Shown here piece after piece: positions 45,077 to 54,961 of a stretch of DNA of 62,288 nt; the first letter of the stretch is position 1, and every line of letters starts with the position of its first letter. The notes beneath the pieces were generated by a model, which saw only the letters and a program-made list of their open reading frames with translations, did no database searches and had not been told where the DNA came from. The stretch is from positions 1 to 62,288 of the IMG/VR virus record IMGVR_UViG_3300032286_000962. One strand, given 5' to 3'. A program made the translations under genes and the position numbers. Source of the DNA: a virus (Duplodnaviria; Caudoviricetes).

Positions 45077-45637
45077 ATGCCAGTTTTAGAAAACCTCACA
45101 CACGAACGATTCTGCTCCCTCATCGCCGAGACTGGCGATACGGCGGCTGTTGCATACGGAAAGGTCAATCCGACGGCCAAGGCTCCAAAGGTCTACGCGA
45201 GCAATCTGATGAAGCGTACGGATATCATTTCGCGCATCGCGGAGATCCGTACCGAGGTGGCCACCCGTAGCGTCGCCGTCATTGGCCGCAAGCGGGAGCT
45301 CCTGCGTCTCATGATCGAGGGGGCGGTGCCCACCAAGGTCGTCAACCGCGCCAACGGCGTGGAGGAGACCTACGACAAGCTCGCAGCCATCGCGCTCGAC
45401 GCAAAATTGGCCGGGGAGCTCTCGGACAACATCCACCTCACTGCGAACAGCGAACTGAAGCTGAACTTCACGGTTCGAGACCGCGATAGCAAGACCCTTG
45501 ATGGATCAGGCGTCATGGACGCAGTACTCATTCCAGACGCAAACGACGAGCCGCTAGCGCTTCCTGAGCCAGAGTCAGACGTTCAGTTTGCCCACCTTGT
45601 AGATGACGAACCCACAGCCGAAGACACCAGCGCGTAA
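45077..45637 (+). CDS. terS: Terminase small subunit
   Basis: MPVLENLTHERFC...AY...ASNL...I..RIAEI HTH pattern, directly upstream of TerL. Confidence 0.8.
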   Translation: MPVLENLTHERFCSLIAETGDTAAVAYGKVNPTAKAPKVYASNLMKRTDIISRIAEIRTEVATRSVAVIGRKRELLRLMIEGAVPTKVVNRANGVEETYDKLAAIALDAKLAGELSDNIHLTANSELKLNFTVRDRDSKTLDGSGVMDAVLIPDANDEPLALPEPESDVQFAHLVDDEPTAEDTSA

Positions 45638-47489
45638 CGTAAGCCACGCCCTCAAGCTCGCGGAGGAGATCCGCAAGCAGGTTGATAGGGACGAGGAGAG
45701 GGGGATCCTCTACGGCGCTAGCCACATCCTGCGCCACGCTACGGCCAACGCCAACAACGTCGTCCTCGATATTCCCAAGGCCAAGGCTATTGTACTGCAA
45801 TTTGTACAACACCTGCTCGACAAGAATCAGTTCGAGGCTGCGGCCACGATCCTATGGGGGTCGGAGGTGTACGACTGGAGGCCAGCGTCCGCTCAGGACA
45901 CGTGGCGCTGCCTGTTCAAGTACGACAAGCTGCTCATTCAGGGCGCAGGTGCCATGGGCAAGTCGTTCAACGGCGCGGCGTGGTTCTACCTAGATTGGCT
46001 CAGAGATCCTTTCTACACCTGTATCAAGGTAATATCGCTCACCCGTGAGCACGCGGAGCGAAACATCTACGCGCACATCAAAAATTTCCATCGATCGGCG
46101 CTGGTCAAACCAGAGTTCCCGAAGGGGGAGGCGCTAGTCACATCGATTCAGGCCAACGAGGATTCAAAACAGGGAATTCACCTAGTCGCAATTCCTCGTG
46201 GAGACAGCGGAGCGGGAACGCTGCGCGGATTCCATCCTGCACCACGTTTTGGAAAGGCGCATCCAAAGTACGGACGGCTGTCTCGGATCAGGGTTGTACT
46301 GGACGAGGCGGAGGAGATACCGGGCGGGGTGTGGGAAGGCGTCAACAACATCGCATCGTCCATGGACGACGAGCACTTTGCGGGGCACATCAAGATTCTC
46401 GGCGCGTCGAACCCGAAGGACAGGACTAGCGACTTCGGCGCACGCTGCGAGCCCAAGAGCGGTTGGGCCAGCGTAGACTGCGAGGACGACTTCGAGTGGA
46501 CAAGTCGCGACGGCTTCAGGGTACTTCGCGTCGATGCATCAAAGTGCGAGAACGTCATCGAGAAGAAGATCGTCTACGCTGGTCTTCAGACGTACGACGG
46601 CTACATGAACTACGCGAATCGGGGTCACACGGCGGAATACTTCACGATGGCACGCGGGTGGTTCCCAGAGGAGGGCATCGCCATGGCCGTCATGACTCCC
46701 TCGATGCTCGACAACGCCCTAGGAACCGTTCGTTTTATCGGGCCAGTGGTTCCCCTAGCCGCGTTCGATCTAGCGCTTGAGGGCAACGATAGCGTCGTCT
46801 GCAGCTACGGACGCTTCGGGCTATCCGACGGCTATACTCCGCAGTCTGGAAAGTTTATTCCGTACGATAGCCCCAAGACTGTCCTGCAGCTGGATTCTCA
46901 GATCACGTTCCCCAAACGCGCCACGCTCGAACAGACGACCGCGATCATCAAGTTCTGTCAGCAGATGAAGATCAGTCCCAACTGGCTGTGCGTCGATCGA
47001 ACTGGCAACGGATCAGGAATCCACGATGGCCTCTGCACGCTCTTCGGGGAGGAGGTGCTGGGGGTGAACTATTCGTGGGCCGCGACCGACTCGCGCATCT
47101 TGGGAGACGACTCGCAGTTGGCGAACGAGCTCTACAGCGGAGTGGTCACCGAGCTGCTCTTCGGACTCGCGAAGTACATCGAGTTTGGATACCTGAAGAT
47201 CTCACCCGGCTTCCGAACCGAGGATCTCATCCGTCAGGCCACGGGTAGGAGGTACAAGCAGAAGGGCAAGGGACTCGTGCGCGTGGAGGCCAAGGCGGAG
47301 TACGTCAAGCGTACACGCAGCAAGTCGCCAGACGCACTCGACTCACTATCGCTGCTGGTCTTCCTCATGCGTCAACGCTCAGGCGTCGCAGCCGAGATGG
47401 TCGTCGATAAGCCAAAAGGAAAAGTCATCCGCGAACGCCGATTGGAAAGTTTGGTGGACGCCATGTCCTATGTTGACATGTCGGAATGA
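45603..47489 (+). CDS. terL: Terminase large subunit
   Basis: Walker A GAGAMGKS, Walker B VVLDEAEE, coupling motif GASNP, nuclease motifs FDLALEGND, VDRTGNG and SPDALD. Confidence 0.92.
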   Translation: MTNPQPKTPARNVSHALKLAEEIRKQVDRDEERGILYGASHILRHATANANNVVLDIPKAKAIVLQFVQHLLDKNQFEAAATILWGSEVYDWRPASAQDTWRCLFKYDKLLIQGAGAMGKSFNGAAWFYLDWLRDPFYTCIKVISLTREHAERNIYAHIKNFHRSALVKPEFPKGEALVTSIQANEDSKQGIHLVAIPRGDSGAGTLRGFHPAPRFGKAHPKYGRLSRIRVVLDEAEEIPGGVWEGVNNIASSMDDEHFAGHIKILGASNPKDRTSDFGARCEPKSGWASVDCEDDFEWTSRDGFRVLRVDASKCENVIEKKIVYAGLQTYDGYMNYANRGHTAEYFTMARGWFPEEGIAMAVMTPSMLDNALGTVRFIGPVVPLAAFDLALEGNDSVVCSYGRFGLSDGYTPQSGKFIPYDSPKTVLQLDSQITFPKRATLEQTTAIIKFCQQMKISPNWLCVDRTGNGSGIHDGLCTLFGEEVLGVNYSWAATDSRILGDDSQLANELYSGVVTELLFGLAKYIEFGYLKISPGFRTEDLIRQATGRRYKQKGKGLVRVEAKAEYVKRTRSKSPDALDSLSLLVFLMRQRSGVAAEMVVDKPKGKVIRERRLESLVDAMSYVDMSE

Positions 47490-47501
47490 CGACAATACTT
47501 T
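47473..47501 (+). promoter_or_regulatory. Sigma70-like promoter for the tRNA locus
   Basis: TTGACA-17-TACTTT. Confidence 0.65.
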
Positions 47502-47517
47502 TATCAATCAATTTTAC

Positions 47518-47588
47518 CACGGGTTCGTCTAACGGTAGGATCCCAGCTTCATACGCTGGGGATGGGAGTTCGATTCTCTCACCCGTCA
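47518..47588 (+). tRNA. tRNA with CAT anticodon (Met or Ile2)
   Basis: Manual cloverleaf: acceptor ACGGGT/ACCCGT with C1:C72 mismatch, anticodon arm CCAGC-TTCATAC-GCTGG, T arm GGGAG-TTCGATT-CTCTC; no encoded CCA. Confidence 0.8.
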
Positions 47589-47592
47589 TTTT

Positions 47593-47670
47593 CCAACCTA
47601 CGAGTGTAGGAACTGGATACGAGGTCGCTGCTGGTGGGTGGGGAAGCCCAGACCAGCGGCGGCTTCATCC
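47593..47670 (+). ncRNA. Unidentified structured RNA between the tRNAs
   Basis: Hairpin CCTAC-GAGT-GTAGG, then a long hairpin GAGGTCGCTGCTGGT/ACCAGCGGCGGCTTC with G-U pairs. Confidence 0.5.
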
Positions 47671-47672
47671 GA

Positions 47673-47746
47673 TACCCTGTAGTGTAATGGTAACACTTCA
47701 GTTTTTGGCACTGACATTCATGGTTCGAGTCCATGCGGGGTAGCCA
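47673..47746 (+). tRNA. tRNA-Gln(TTG)
   Basis: Acceptor TACCCTG/CGGGGTA, anticodon arm TCAGT-TTTTGGC-ACTGA, T arm CATGG-TTCGAGT-CCATG, G73 and encoded CCA. Confidence 0.93.
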
Positions 47747-47794
47747 CACATTTCAACTTGCCACGTAACACGCGTTGCATTACAACGACATCTT

Positions 47795-47941
47795 ATGACA
47801 CGAGGACTATATTCCAACATCAACGCAAAGCGTGCACGCATCAAGGCTGGTAGCGGAGAGCGCATGAGGAAGGTCGGCTCCGCTGGAGCTCCAACCGCAA
47901 AGGCATTCAAGCAATCCGCCAAGACCGCCAAGAAACGGTAA
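47795..47941 (+). CDS. Small basic conserved phage protein (48 aa)
   Basis: Manual translation MTRGLYSNINAKRARIKAGSGERMRKVGSAGAPTAKAFKQSAKTAKKR. Confidence 0.8.
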   Translation: MTRGLYSNINAKRARIKAGSGERMRKVGSAGAPTAKAFKQSAKTAKKR

Positions 47942-48186
47942 TGGAAAAGCGATTCACCAAAGTCGTAAAGAACGAGAAGACTGGCAGGACTAAGACGATC
48001 AAGTTTGGTCAGGCTGGAAAAGCTGCGGATGGAAAGGATCGAATTCGACCCGGCACCGCAAAAGCGGACGCCTACTGCGCTCGCTCAAACAAGATCAAGG
48101 GAGACTGGAGAGACGATCCCAACTCACCGAACAACCTGAGTCGTCGCAAGTGGAAGTGCATCGGTGGCCGCAGCAAGCGCGGTTAA
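47941..48186 (+). CDS. Small basic phage protein (DUF6321-like)
   Basis: YCARS...DPNSPN...RRKWKC. Confidence 0.7.
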   Translation: MEKRFTKVVKNEKTGRTKTIKFGQAGKAADGKDRIRPGTAKADAYCARSNKIKGDWRDDPNSPNNLSRRKWKCIGGRSKRG

Positions 48187-48282
48187 TTTAGACTGCAGTC
48201 TAATTGGTAAAATTGCCGATTACTCTTATTCACAATATTCACTTGCGTTGTTTTACATGGTTGTATATTTACGCAGCTAGAT

Positions 48283-48864
48283 ATGGCCAAGCCCATCGAA
48301 GGAATGATCCCACCTAACGGGTGGCATTACTACCAAAGTGATGTCAAGCTAGTCGGAGATTCGCTCAACGATTTGTATAAAGTCGTTGAGAATTTTCGTG
48401 CCGACAACTCGTACCCAGCTGGGGATGTGAAAGGCGATGTGGATAACTACATCTGCGGAAACTATCCATCCTTCTGCCATGGGGTGGACAACGTCACGAT
48501 CAACATTCTGAGCAGGCAAGCTGCCACTCGCTCAGGAGAACTGCTGCAGGACGTCTCGACGTGGGCCAACAACATGCTCCGATCCAAGGAGCCGATCAAA
48601 CTTGTTCAAGACGACGAGGCGGAGCGACGCGCCAAGATTTGCCAAGCGTGTCCCCACAACGCTAGCTGGCGATCGGGATGCATTTCATGTATCGTCAATG
48701 CTGACCGCGTCAGTGCATCAGTGCGTCAGGCTAGGGATACGGACACCTCCAAGAAGCTGGGTGGGTGCCACTTGCTGAGGCACGACAACAGGTCTGCTGT
48801 ATTCTTTGAGAAAGAAAATCTTGCAACAACTGGCAATTTGCCTACTAATTGCTGGCTAACGTAA
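48283..48864 (+). CDS. Cys-rich protein upstream of the portal
   Basis: PPNGWHY, ERRAKICQACPHN, CISC and LPTNCW. Confidence 0.7.
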   Translation: MAKPIEGMIPPNGWHYYQSDVKLVGDSLNDLYKVVENFRADNSYPAGDVKGDVDNYICGNYPSFCHGVDNVTINILSRQAATRSGELLQDVSTWANNMLRSKEPIKLVQDDEAERRAKICQACPHNASWRSGCISCIVNADRVSASVRQARDTDTSKKLGGCHLLRHDNRSAVFFEKENLATTGNLPTNCWLT

Positions 48865-48868
48865 GACT

Positions 48869-51253
48869 ATGGCATCTGATATCAAACCACTTCCTCCGCG
48901 CATTACCGACGCCTTTGCAAACAAGTCGGCGCGTATCGACGACCAGTCGAAGCCCAGAGTACTTGGTTTGGATGTTGTTAATGCTGACAACAGCACCAAC
49001 GACACCGTCAATCCAGAGACGCTGCAAGTACGTCGCACGTTTAAGGATTCCCGTCAGGCGCACAGCGCCTACCGCAGGCTGAAGCAACAAAATTTAGAGC
49101 GCAATCGCAAGAATCAGCTCATCCAGAAGAAGCTCAACCTTGAGCCTCCCTACAACAACAAGAAGTTGGAGAGCATGGGTCAGAACTGGAGGAGCAATCG
49201 TCCTACTGGGTTTTTGTCCACCATGGTCAGCAGGATCCAGCCTCCTTTCCGAGAGGTAATCGAGTCAGCTCCGACACTTACTTACAGCAAGTATCCGCTT
49301 GAGTCTGTTGATTCTGAGAACAAGACGAAGGTTTTCCGCGAAGAGATCACCAAGTGCATTCGCGCATGGAAGGGTCACGACGATCTGTTGGCTCAGACCA
49401 CACACGAAAACACTTGCTTTGGATTTTGTGGATGGGTATGGGATGACATTCGTGATTGGAAGCCTGAATTCCTAAGACAGGATTACACGTTCTTCTCGAT
49501 CGAAACCCCACAAGTAACAGATGCAACACCTATTTGGGCTCGTAAACGTCGCTATCAAATCTCCGAGCTGCTTCCAGTGCTTGAGAAGCCTGAAATATCC
49601 GCGCTGGCGGGATGGCACATCAACAACCTCGTCACTTCTATCAACAACGCAATTCCTGCTGGACGAACTCTGGACTCAAATGACGATGCTCGCAGGTACG
49701 AAGACTGGATTCGTGAAGGGTCTTACGGCGCGGCTTACGAGAACGACGCGAAGTACGTAGAGCTAGGAGAGATCTTCGTCAAGGAGCCTCACGGCAAGAT
49801 CTCCAGATACTTGTTCGACGACAAGAGTGGAGACGAGATCTGTACGCAGGTCGATCGCTACAACAGCATGTCGGAGTGCTTGGCACTCTTCTCGGTAGAG
49901 ATCGGAAGTGGCAATTTGATGTCTAGCCGTGGAGCTGGACGCGATCTTTACAACACGCACGTCGCAATCGAGAAGGCACGTAATCTTGTCATCGACAACG
50001 TCTATCTCAAGGGTCTTCTGCTCCTCAAGAAAGGCCCGAATGCACGCCCCGATACCGCACCACTTTCTGTAGCACATCCTGTAGCGTATATCTCGGATGG
50101 ATATGAGGTGATACCGCAGCAGATGCCTGCGGATGTGGATGACTTTTTGAAACTCGATCAGTTCGTCAGCGGACTGGCGGAGATTCAGGTTGGGACGTTC
50201 CTACCCGGTGCGGCTACCGATTCTGGAGGTGGAGCAAGAACCGCCTCCGAGGTCAACCGAGTCGCCGCTATCGAGAACCAACTTCGTCAGGGAATTCTGA
50301 TGCGCTGGTCTCGCCAGTACTCCAAGGGTATCGAGCGCATGCAGCGTGGTATCTGTCACCCTGAACACGTGAAGGCCGCAGCAGATCTCCATGGAATGCT
50401 GCAGCAGGTGCGTATGGTGGATCCTTCTGCCATTTGGGCTCGCAAGGAGATTGTGGACGCCTTCGAGCGTTCAGGTGTAGAGATGCCGAGGTTCTTGGTC
50501 GGATTTGAAATTGACAAGCACCTCGACGAGGACGCTGTGGCGTGCTGCTTGGCGATGATGGATCGCAACCTTCCTCCTTCCGACATTCTGCTTATGGCTT
50601 ATAGTTCCGCTTCGGAGCTGCTGGTTGACGACACGCTTCAGATCAATCAGATGATCGACTTGGTCGTTCAGCGCTACATCGGAAACCAGAACATCAATCA
50701 AGACGAGCTCATGAAGCTCGATCTCGCTTCCAAGGTCGGAGCTGCCAAGGCCAACGCGCTTGTGCTTCCGAAGGATCACGTCGAGGCGGTCGGCATCGAG
50801 GCTACCCGTCAGCAGGTCATCGAGCTTCAGTCGATCATGGCTGGTCAGGAAATCGGAGTGTCTCCTCGCGACAACGACGTCGTTCACCTCGAAGCAATGA
50901 CGCAGAGACTCATGCCACTCATTCAGCAGGCTCCCGCTGGATCCCTGTCACCAGAGATCATGGGCCCGCTTCAGGCCGCTGTTCAGCACTACGCGAACCA
51001 CATCAAGCAGGCCGACGCCAAGGGCGTGCATGGTCAGGTCACTGGGCCGTTCAAGAAGGCGCTCAACGCTGCGGTCAATCACCTCAGTGCAGGAGCGATC
51101 AAGAATGTTCCGACGGATATCGAGCCAGCCGCCGCGATGCCAAGCATGGGTCGATCCCGTGGGCCATTGCCTGCAGAAATTGGAACAGAAGCATCTCAAA
51201 CTGGAGTCGTTGAAAGCATAGCGGCTCCCCCGAAACCACCAACTGCGGCCTAA
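48869..51253 (+). CDS. Portal protein
   Basis: 794 aa, located between TerL and scaffold/MCP; RTASEV motif and DNDVVH C-terminal region typical of podovirus-like portals. Confidence 0.75.
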   Translation: MASDIKPLPPRITDAFANKSARIDDQSKPRVLGLDVVNADNSTNDTVNPETLQVRRTFKDSRQAHSAYRRLKQQNLERNRKNQLIQKKLNLEPPYNNKKLESMGQNWRSNRPTGFLSTMVSRIQPPFREVIESAPTLTYSKYPLESVDSENKTKVFREEITKCIRAWKGHDDLLAQTTHENTCFGFCGWVWDDIRDWKPEFLRQDYTFFSIETPQVTDATPIWARKRRYQISELLPVLEKPEISALAGWHINNLVTSINNAIPAGRTLDSNDDARRYEDWIREGSYGAAYENDAKYVELGEIFVKEPHGKISRYLFDDKSGDEICTQVDRYNSMSECLALFSVEIGSGNLMSSRGAGRDLYNTHVAIEKARNLVIDNVYLKGLLLLKKGPNARPDTAPLSVAHPVAYISDGYEVIPQQMPADVDDFLKLDQFVSGLAEIQVGTFLPGAATDSGGGARTASEVNRVAAIENQLRQGILMRWSRQYSKGIERMQRGICHPEHVKAAADLHGMLQQVRMVDPSAIWARKEIVDAFERSGVEMPRFLVGFEIDKHLDEDAVACCLAMMDRNLPPSDILLMAYSSASELLVDDTLQINQMIDLVVQRYIGNQNINQDELMKLDLASKVGAAKANALVLPKDHVEAVGIEATRQQVIELQSIMAGQEIGVSPRDNDVVHLEAMTQRLMPLIQQAPAGSLSPEIMGPLQAAVQHYANHIKQADAKGVHGQVTGPFKKALNAAVNHLSAGAIKNVPTDIEPAAAMPSMGRSRGPLPAEIGTEASQTGVVESIAAPPKPPTAA

Positions 51254-51256
51254 GTT

Positions 51257-51706
51257 ATGGGCGGGGTGAATCCAAATTTTAGATATTCGCAGAGCGTGAT
51301 GCCTGCTGATATGCGACGCGAAGACGGATCAGTCAAAGGCACTGGATTTCTTGGAGAGTACGCAAACAGAGGGGCGCAGAAGGATTACGGCAAGACATCG
51401 ACCGAGATTTCTACTGGGGTGGAGCCTGAACGCCTTGGCAAGAATGCGCCGAAGCCAAACGCAGAAGGTTATGTCGATGTGCCGACTATGATTCCTACGC
51501 TGAATAGGAACGAGCTTGAGTATCTTCTAAATACACCGCTAGATAGCCTCAACCGAAACAATCCGAAACTTATGGGGCGCATTGCTGATAAGTCTGCGGA
51601 ATTTGCTAAAGCAAGGTTTGATCAGGGCGAGTCACAATGGGCATCGCCTAATGAGTCGCCCGTTGCGCCACCTCGCTTTATGGCTAGGCCAACATTGCAA
51701 CAATAA
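51257..51706 (+). CDS. Hypothetical MGG-start protein
   Basis: RREDGSVKGTGFLG...VPTMIPTL. Confidence 0.6.
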   Translation: MGGVNPNFRYSQSVMPADMRREDGSVKGTGFLGEYANRGAQKDYGKTSTEISTGVEPERLGKNAPKPNAEGYVDVPTMIPTLNRNELEYLLNTPLDSLNRNNPKLMGRIADKSAEFAKARFDQGESQWASPNESPVAPPRFMARPTLQQ

Positions 51707-51724
51707 AGCCAACCAACTACGACC

Positions 51725-52441
51725 ATGGGTGGCGCGAATACAAATACTGGGGTAAAGCAATATCCTGTAATTTCGTCGAAAGATGCTGGCGTTGATGAAT
51801 ATCTAAAAGCAAATCCAGAGGTATCTGGAATGGCGTGGGGCGCTGGTTTAAATGGAAGTCCGAAAGATTCCCCACGATCAGTTATAGTCAATCCGTACAA
51901 CATCTATTTAAAGACGCCTCAAGATACGAATAACCTGATTCAGAACGAAAGAATCAGGCATCAGATGGATGAGACCAAGTGGAGTTCTGACTTTGAGATT
52001 ACTCCAGAGCAACAGACTTGGAGCCAGAGTTTGGGTGAATACGCTACTAACCCACAGAAATTAAGAGAAACAATTGTTGCAAGATTAGCGTCAAACGAGT
52101 ATGTACCTAGTCCTACACAACAACAAAAACAACTAGCCAATACTTTCATGGGCGGCTCACCTACCAATTATCCTGTTCAAAACAATCCTGCACAAGAAGC
52201 GGCAACCTACGCACGTCTTGAGAAACAAGGGATGAGTGATCAGGGCATTGTTTCCCTACCAGAGCTCAAGAAAGAAGTTGTAGGTACCGCCAAGGATCTA
52301 GGAGCTGCCATTAACAAAAAGATCGTGCAGCCTATTGCAGAAGGAACTGCAAATTTCTTTGGACGCGACGCTAGCAAGCCTATGAGTGCTGACGATGAGA
52401 TCGAGATGGCACTTCGCAAGAGTGAACTTGGTACGAAGTAA
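51725..52441 (+). CDS. Hypothetical MGG-start protein
   Basis: YLKANPEVSGMA...IVNPY...NERIRH. Confidence 0.6.
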   Translation: MGGANTNTGVKQYPVISSKDAGVDEYLKANPEVSGMAWGAGLNGSPKDSPRSVIVNPYNIYLKTPQDTNNLIQNERIRHQMDETKWSSDFEITPEQQTWSQSLGEYATNPQKLRETIVARLASNEYVPSPTQQQKQLANTFMGGSPTNYPVQNNPAQEAATYARLEKQGMSDQGIVSLPELKKEVVGTAKDLGAAINKKIVQPIAEGTANFFGRDASKPMSADDEIEMALRKSELGTK

Positions 52442-52444
52442 TTT

Positions 52445-52690
52445 ATGTGGACACAAGCCGACGCGGTTAACCTGAAAGAATATCTTGGCCACTCTAGGGC
52501 CAATCTGATTCATCACCTCAAGGAAATTGTCCCCACATTTTCCGTAGAGATTGATTCCAAGGTGGAGGGCATCGCCCTTCGCGGAGCTTACAAGGAGGGA
52601 TTCCTCCTAGCTATCCAGCGCATCGAAGAGATGTCCATACCAACAAGCAAACAGGACGACGCTGCAACTAGCTCGTTCGTGTCCATGTAA
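52445..52690 (+). CDS. Hypothetical head-module protein
   Basis: Small helical ORF before the scaffold. Confidence 0.6.
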   Translation: MWTQADAVNLKEYLGHSRANLIHHLKEIVPTFSVEIDSKVEGIALRGAYKEGFLLAIQRIEEMSIPTSKQDDAATSSFVSM

Positions 52691-52693
52691 TTT

Positions 52694-53971
52694 ATGTCAA
52701 ACGATACAGAAAACGACAACGTAGTCCCAGAATCCAACGCCATCAATGGCATGCTTGGAGCACCATCACTCGATGCGGATCCCATCGAGGAGTCAACATC
52801 AGACCTCCTAGACTCGCTGCTAGATAGCGCAGAGGGACTTAATACCGAGAGTGCTCCTGAGACTATTGAGACTCTTGAAACGATCGAAGAGGAACTTCCT
52901 TTGGAAGACGTGGCTCCAGCTCCCGTGGAGGAAGTTGTTACAGAAGTAGCTACAGAACCAGTCGCGACACCAGAAGTTGAGATCGACCCAGAGATCTCAT
53001 CGATCCCTCAGCCTCGCAATCTGTCCGAGGCCAACCAGAACAACTGGAAGAAGCTGCAGGAGACCGCGACCAACTACAAGAAGCAGGCCGTGGAGGCCGA
53101 ACAGCTTCGTCAAAAGGTTCAGGAGCTTGAGCAACGCCCAAGCCAGACGCCTCCCGACTACGAGGAGCTCAAGAAGTTCCGCGCTATCTTCGATACCGAG
53201 AACGACCCAGAGTTCAAGAGCAAGTACGACGTGCCCATCGCGAACGCGAAGGAGAACATCTACAACATCCTCAAGAAGAATGGAGCTAGCGACGACGTCA
53301 TCAACTCGATCGAGTCCGCTGGTGGCCCTGACAAGATCAGTCAGGAGTGGTGGAAGAGCCAAGCCATCGACAAGCTACCCATGATCGATGCGGAGCGCCT
53401 GAAGAAGGATCTCTTCAACGTCATCGACCTCAAGGAGGGACGCACGAAGGAGATCGGAGAAACCGCTGAGAAGCGAGACGAGTTTCTTCAGTCCCGTCAA
53501 AACGAGCTCGTTGAAAACTTCAAGAAACAGAACGAGGAGATCTACAGCCACACCGATCAGATCACGAAGGAGATTCCATGGGCTCGGTACAAAGAGATCA
53601 ATCCAAACGATCCACCAGAGGTTCAAGCCGAGACGCAGAAGCACAACGCGACGGTTCAGGATCTTTCCAACAAGTTTGAAGCCGCCCTTTGGCCCAAGAC
53701 TCCGCAGGAACGCGCAGACGTCGCTGCTGCTGCATCTGGTTTCCACGTAGTTGTTGGACAGCTACGCTACGAGCAGGAAGCCAAGCAGGCGATGCAGGCA
53801 AAGGTGGACGCCCTTACCAAGGAGCTCACCGCGCTGAAGAATGCGGGAAGGATGCCGAAGGCCAATCCGACTCCAGCCAATGCCAAACCAAGCACAAACG
53901 TCCAAGACCGCATCAAGATGAACGCCAGCGACGCGATTGATCTTGGTCTAGACGAGGCTAGCGGTCTCTAA
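52694..53971 (+). CDS. Putative capsid scaffolding protein
   Basis: Acidic disordered N-terminus and long coiled coils, between portal and MCP. Confidence 0.65.
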   Translation: MSNDTENDNVVPESNAINGMLGAPSLDADPIEESTSDLLDSLLDSAEGLNTESAPETIETLETIEEELPLEDVAPAPVEEVVTEVATEPVATPEVEIDPEISSIPQPRNLSEANQNNWKKLQETATNYKKQAVEAEQLRQKVQELEQRPSQTPPDYEELKKFRAIFDTENDPEFKSKYDVPIANAKENIYNILKKNGASDDVINSIESAGGPDKISQEWWKSQAIDKLPMIDAERLKKDLFNVIDLKEGRTKEIGETAEKRDEFLQSRQNELVENFKKQNEEIYSHTDQITKEIPWARYKEINPNDPPEVQAETQKHNATVQDLSNKFEAALWPKTPQERADVAAAASGFHVVVGQLRYEQEAKQAMQAKVDALTKELTALKNAGRMPKANPTPANAKPSTNVQDRIKMNASDAIDLGLDEASGL

Positions 53972-53976
53972 AGCAT

Positions 53977-54960
53977 ATGCCCGATCCCATCATCACCCCC
54001 CTAGTCAACGTCACGGCTAGGGCGCTGGAGTCGTTCAACCCCATGGGCGGAACGATTGTCGATCAACCGCTTTCTGCACAGAGGCTAAAACTACCTCCCA
54101 AAGTAGAGACCCCAGAGGTTGTCGAGGAGAACGACTTCGAGTTCGATTCGATCGAAACAATAGTCGAAGAAGCTCCAGTGCAAGAGATCGTGGTGGAGAA
54201 GAAGAAGCCCACGAAGAGATCGAAGAATCCCATCATCGAGACACGCTCTCAGGAGGGATTGCCTTCGTACCGTTGCGAGTTTGAAGGTAGAGACATCTTC
54301 GTTGGTTTCCCCTGCTACAAGACGACTAATCCAGTCACCTGCTTCTCCCTGATTGCGATGGCGTTGGATTTTGGTCGAGACAAAATTCGTTTTGATATGG
54401 CTATCGGAGATAGCAAGATCGAACACGCACGCAATCGACTGGCGCACAAGTTTCTTGAGACCGACGCCAAGTGGATGCTGATGGTGGACGACGACATTAT
54501 CCCATGTATAGGAAGACCCGAATGGTCGAAGTACTGGGTTCAAAATTTAAGGAGCATTCCTGATCTACCCCTGAAACGTCATGTTCTCCATAGGCTAATG
54601 GGAGCAGGAAAAACACTTGTCGGTGCGTCTTACTTTGGTAGGCAAGAAGGCGGCGCACTTATGGCTAGCGATCAGTCACTAGCCCCTCGCGCACGTGCGT
54701 ACGAGGACGCTGTAGTCGAGGTGGATTGGGTGGCTACAGGCTGCATGCTCGTTCACCGAAAAGTTTTTGAAGACATTCGTGCGAAGTTTGGAGACGAGCT
54801 GAAGATCAAAGTTCCTGACTACGACTACGACTATTTCCGTCCCTTCGATAGCGCACACGGCGAGGACGTTTCTTTCTGCAAACGTGCGAAACAGGCTGGA
54901 CATCAACCGCACTTGGACTTGGGTCTTCCAGTTTCACACTTGGGATACAAGACGTATTAA
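53977..54960 (+). CDS. GT-A fold (GT2-like) glycosyltransferase with an acidic N-terminal extension
   Basis: ARNRLA...WMLMVDDD, ATGCMLVHRKVFE, GEDVSFCKRA and HLG. Confidence 0.85.
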   Translation: MPDPIITPLVNVTARALESFNPMGGTIVDQPLSAQRLKLPPKVETPEVVEENDFEFDSIETIVEEAPVQEIVVEKKKPTKRSKNPIIETRSQEGLPSYRCEFEGRDIFVGFPCYKTTNPVTCFSLIAMALDFGRDKIRFDMAIGDSKIEHARNRLAHKFLETDAKWMLMVDDDIIPCIGRPEWSKYWVQNLRSIPDLPLKRHVLHRLMGAGKTLVGASYFGRQEGGALMASDQSLAPRARAYEDAVVEVDWVATGCMLVHRKVFEDIRAKFGDELKIKVPDYDYDYFRPFDSAHGEDVSFCKRAKQAGHQPHLDLGLPVSHLGYKTY

Positions 54961-54961
54961 G

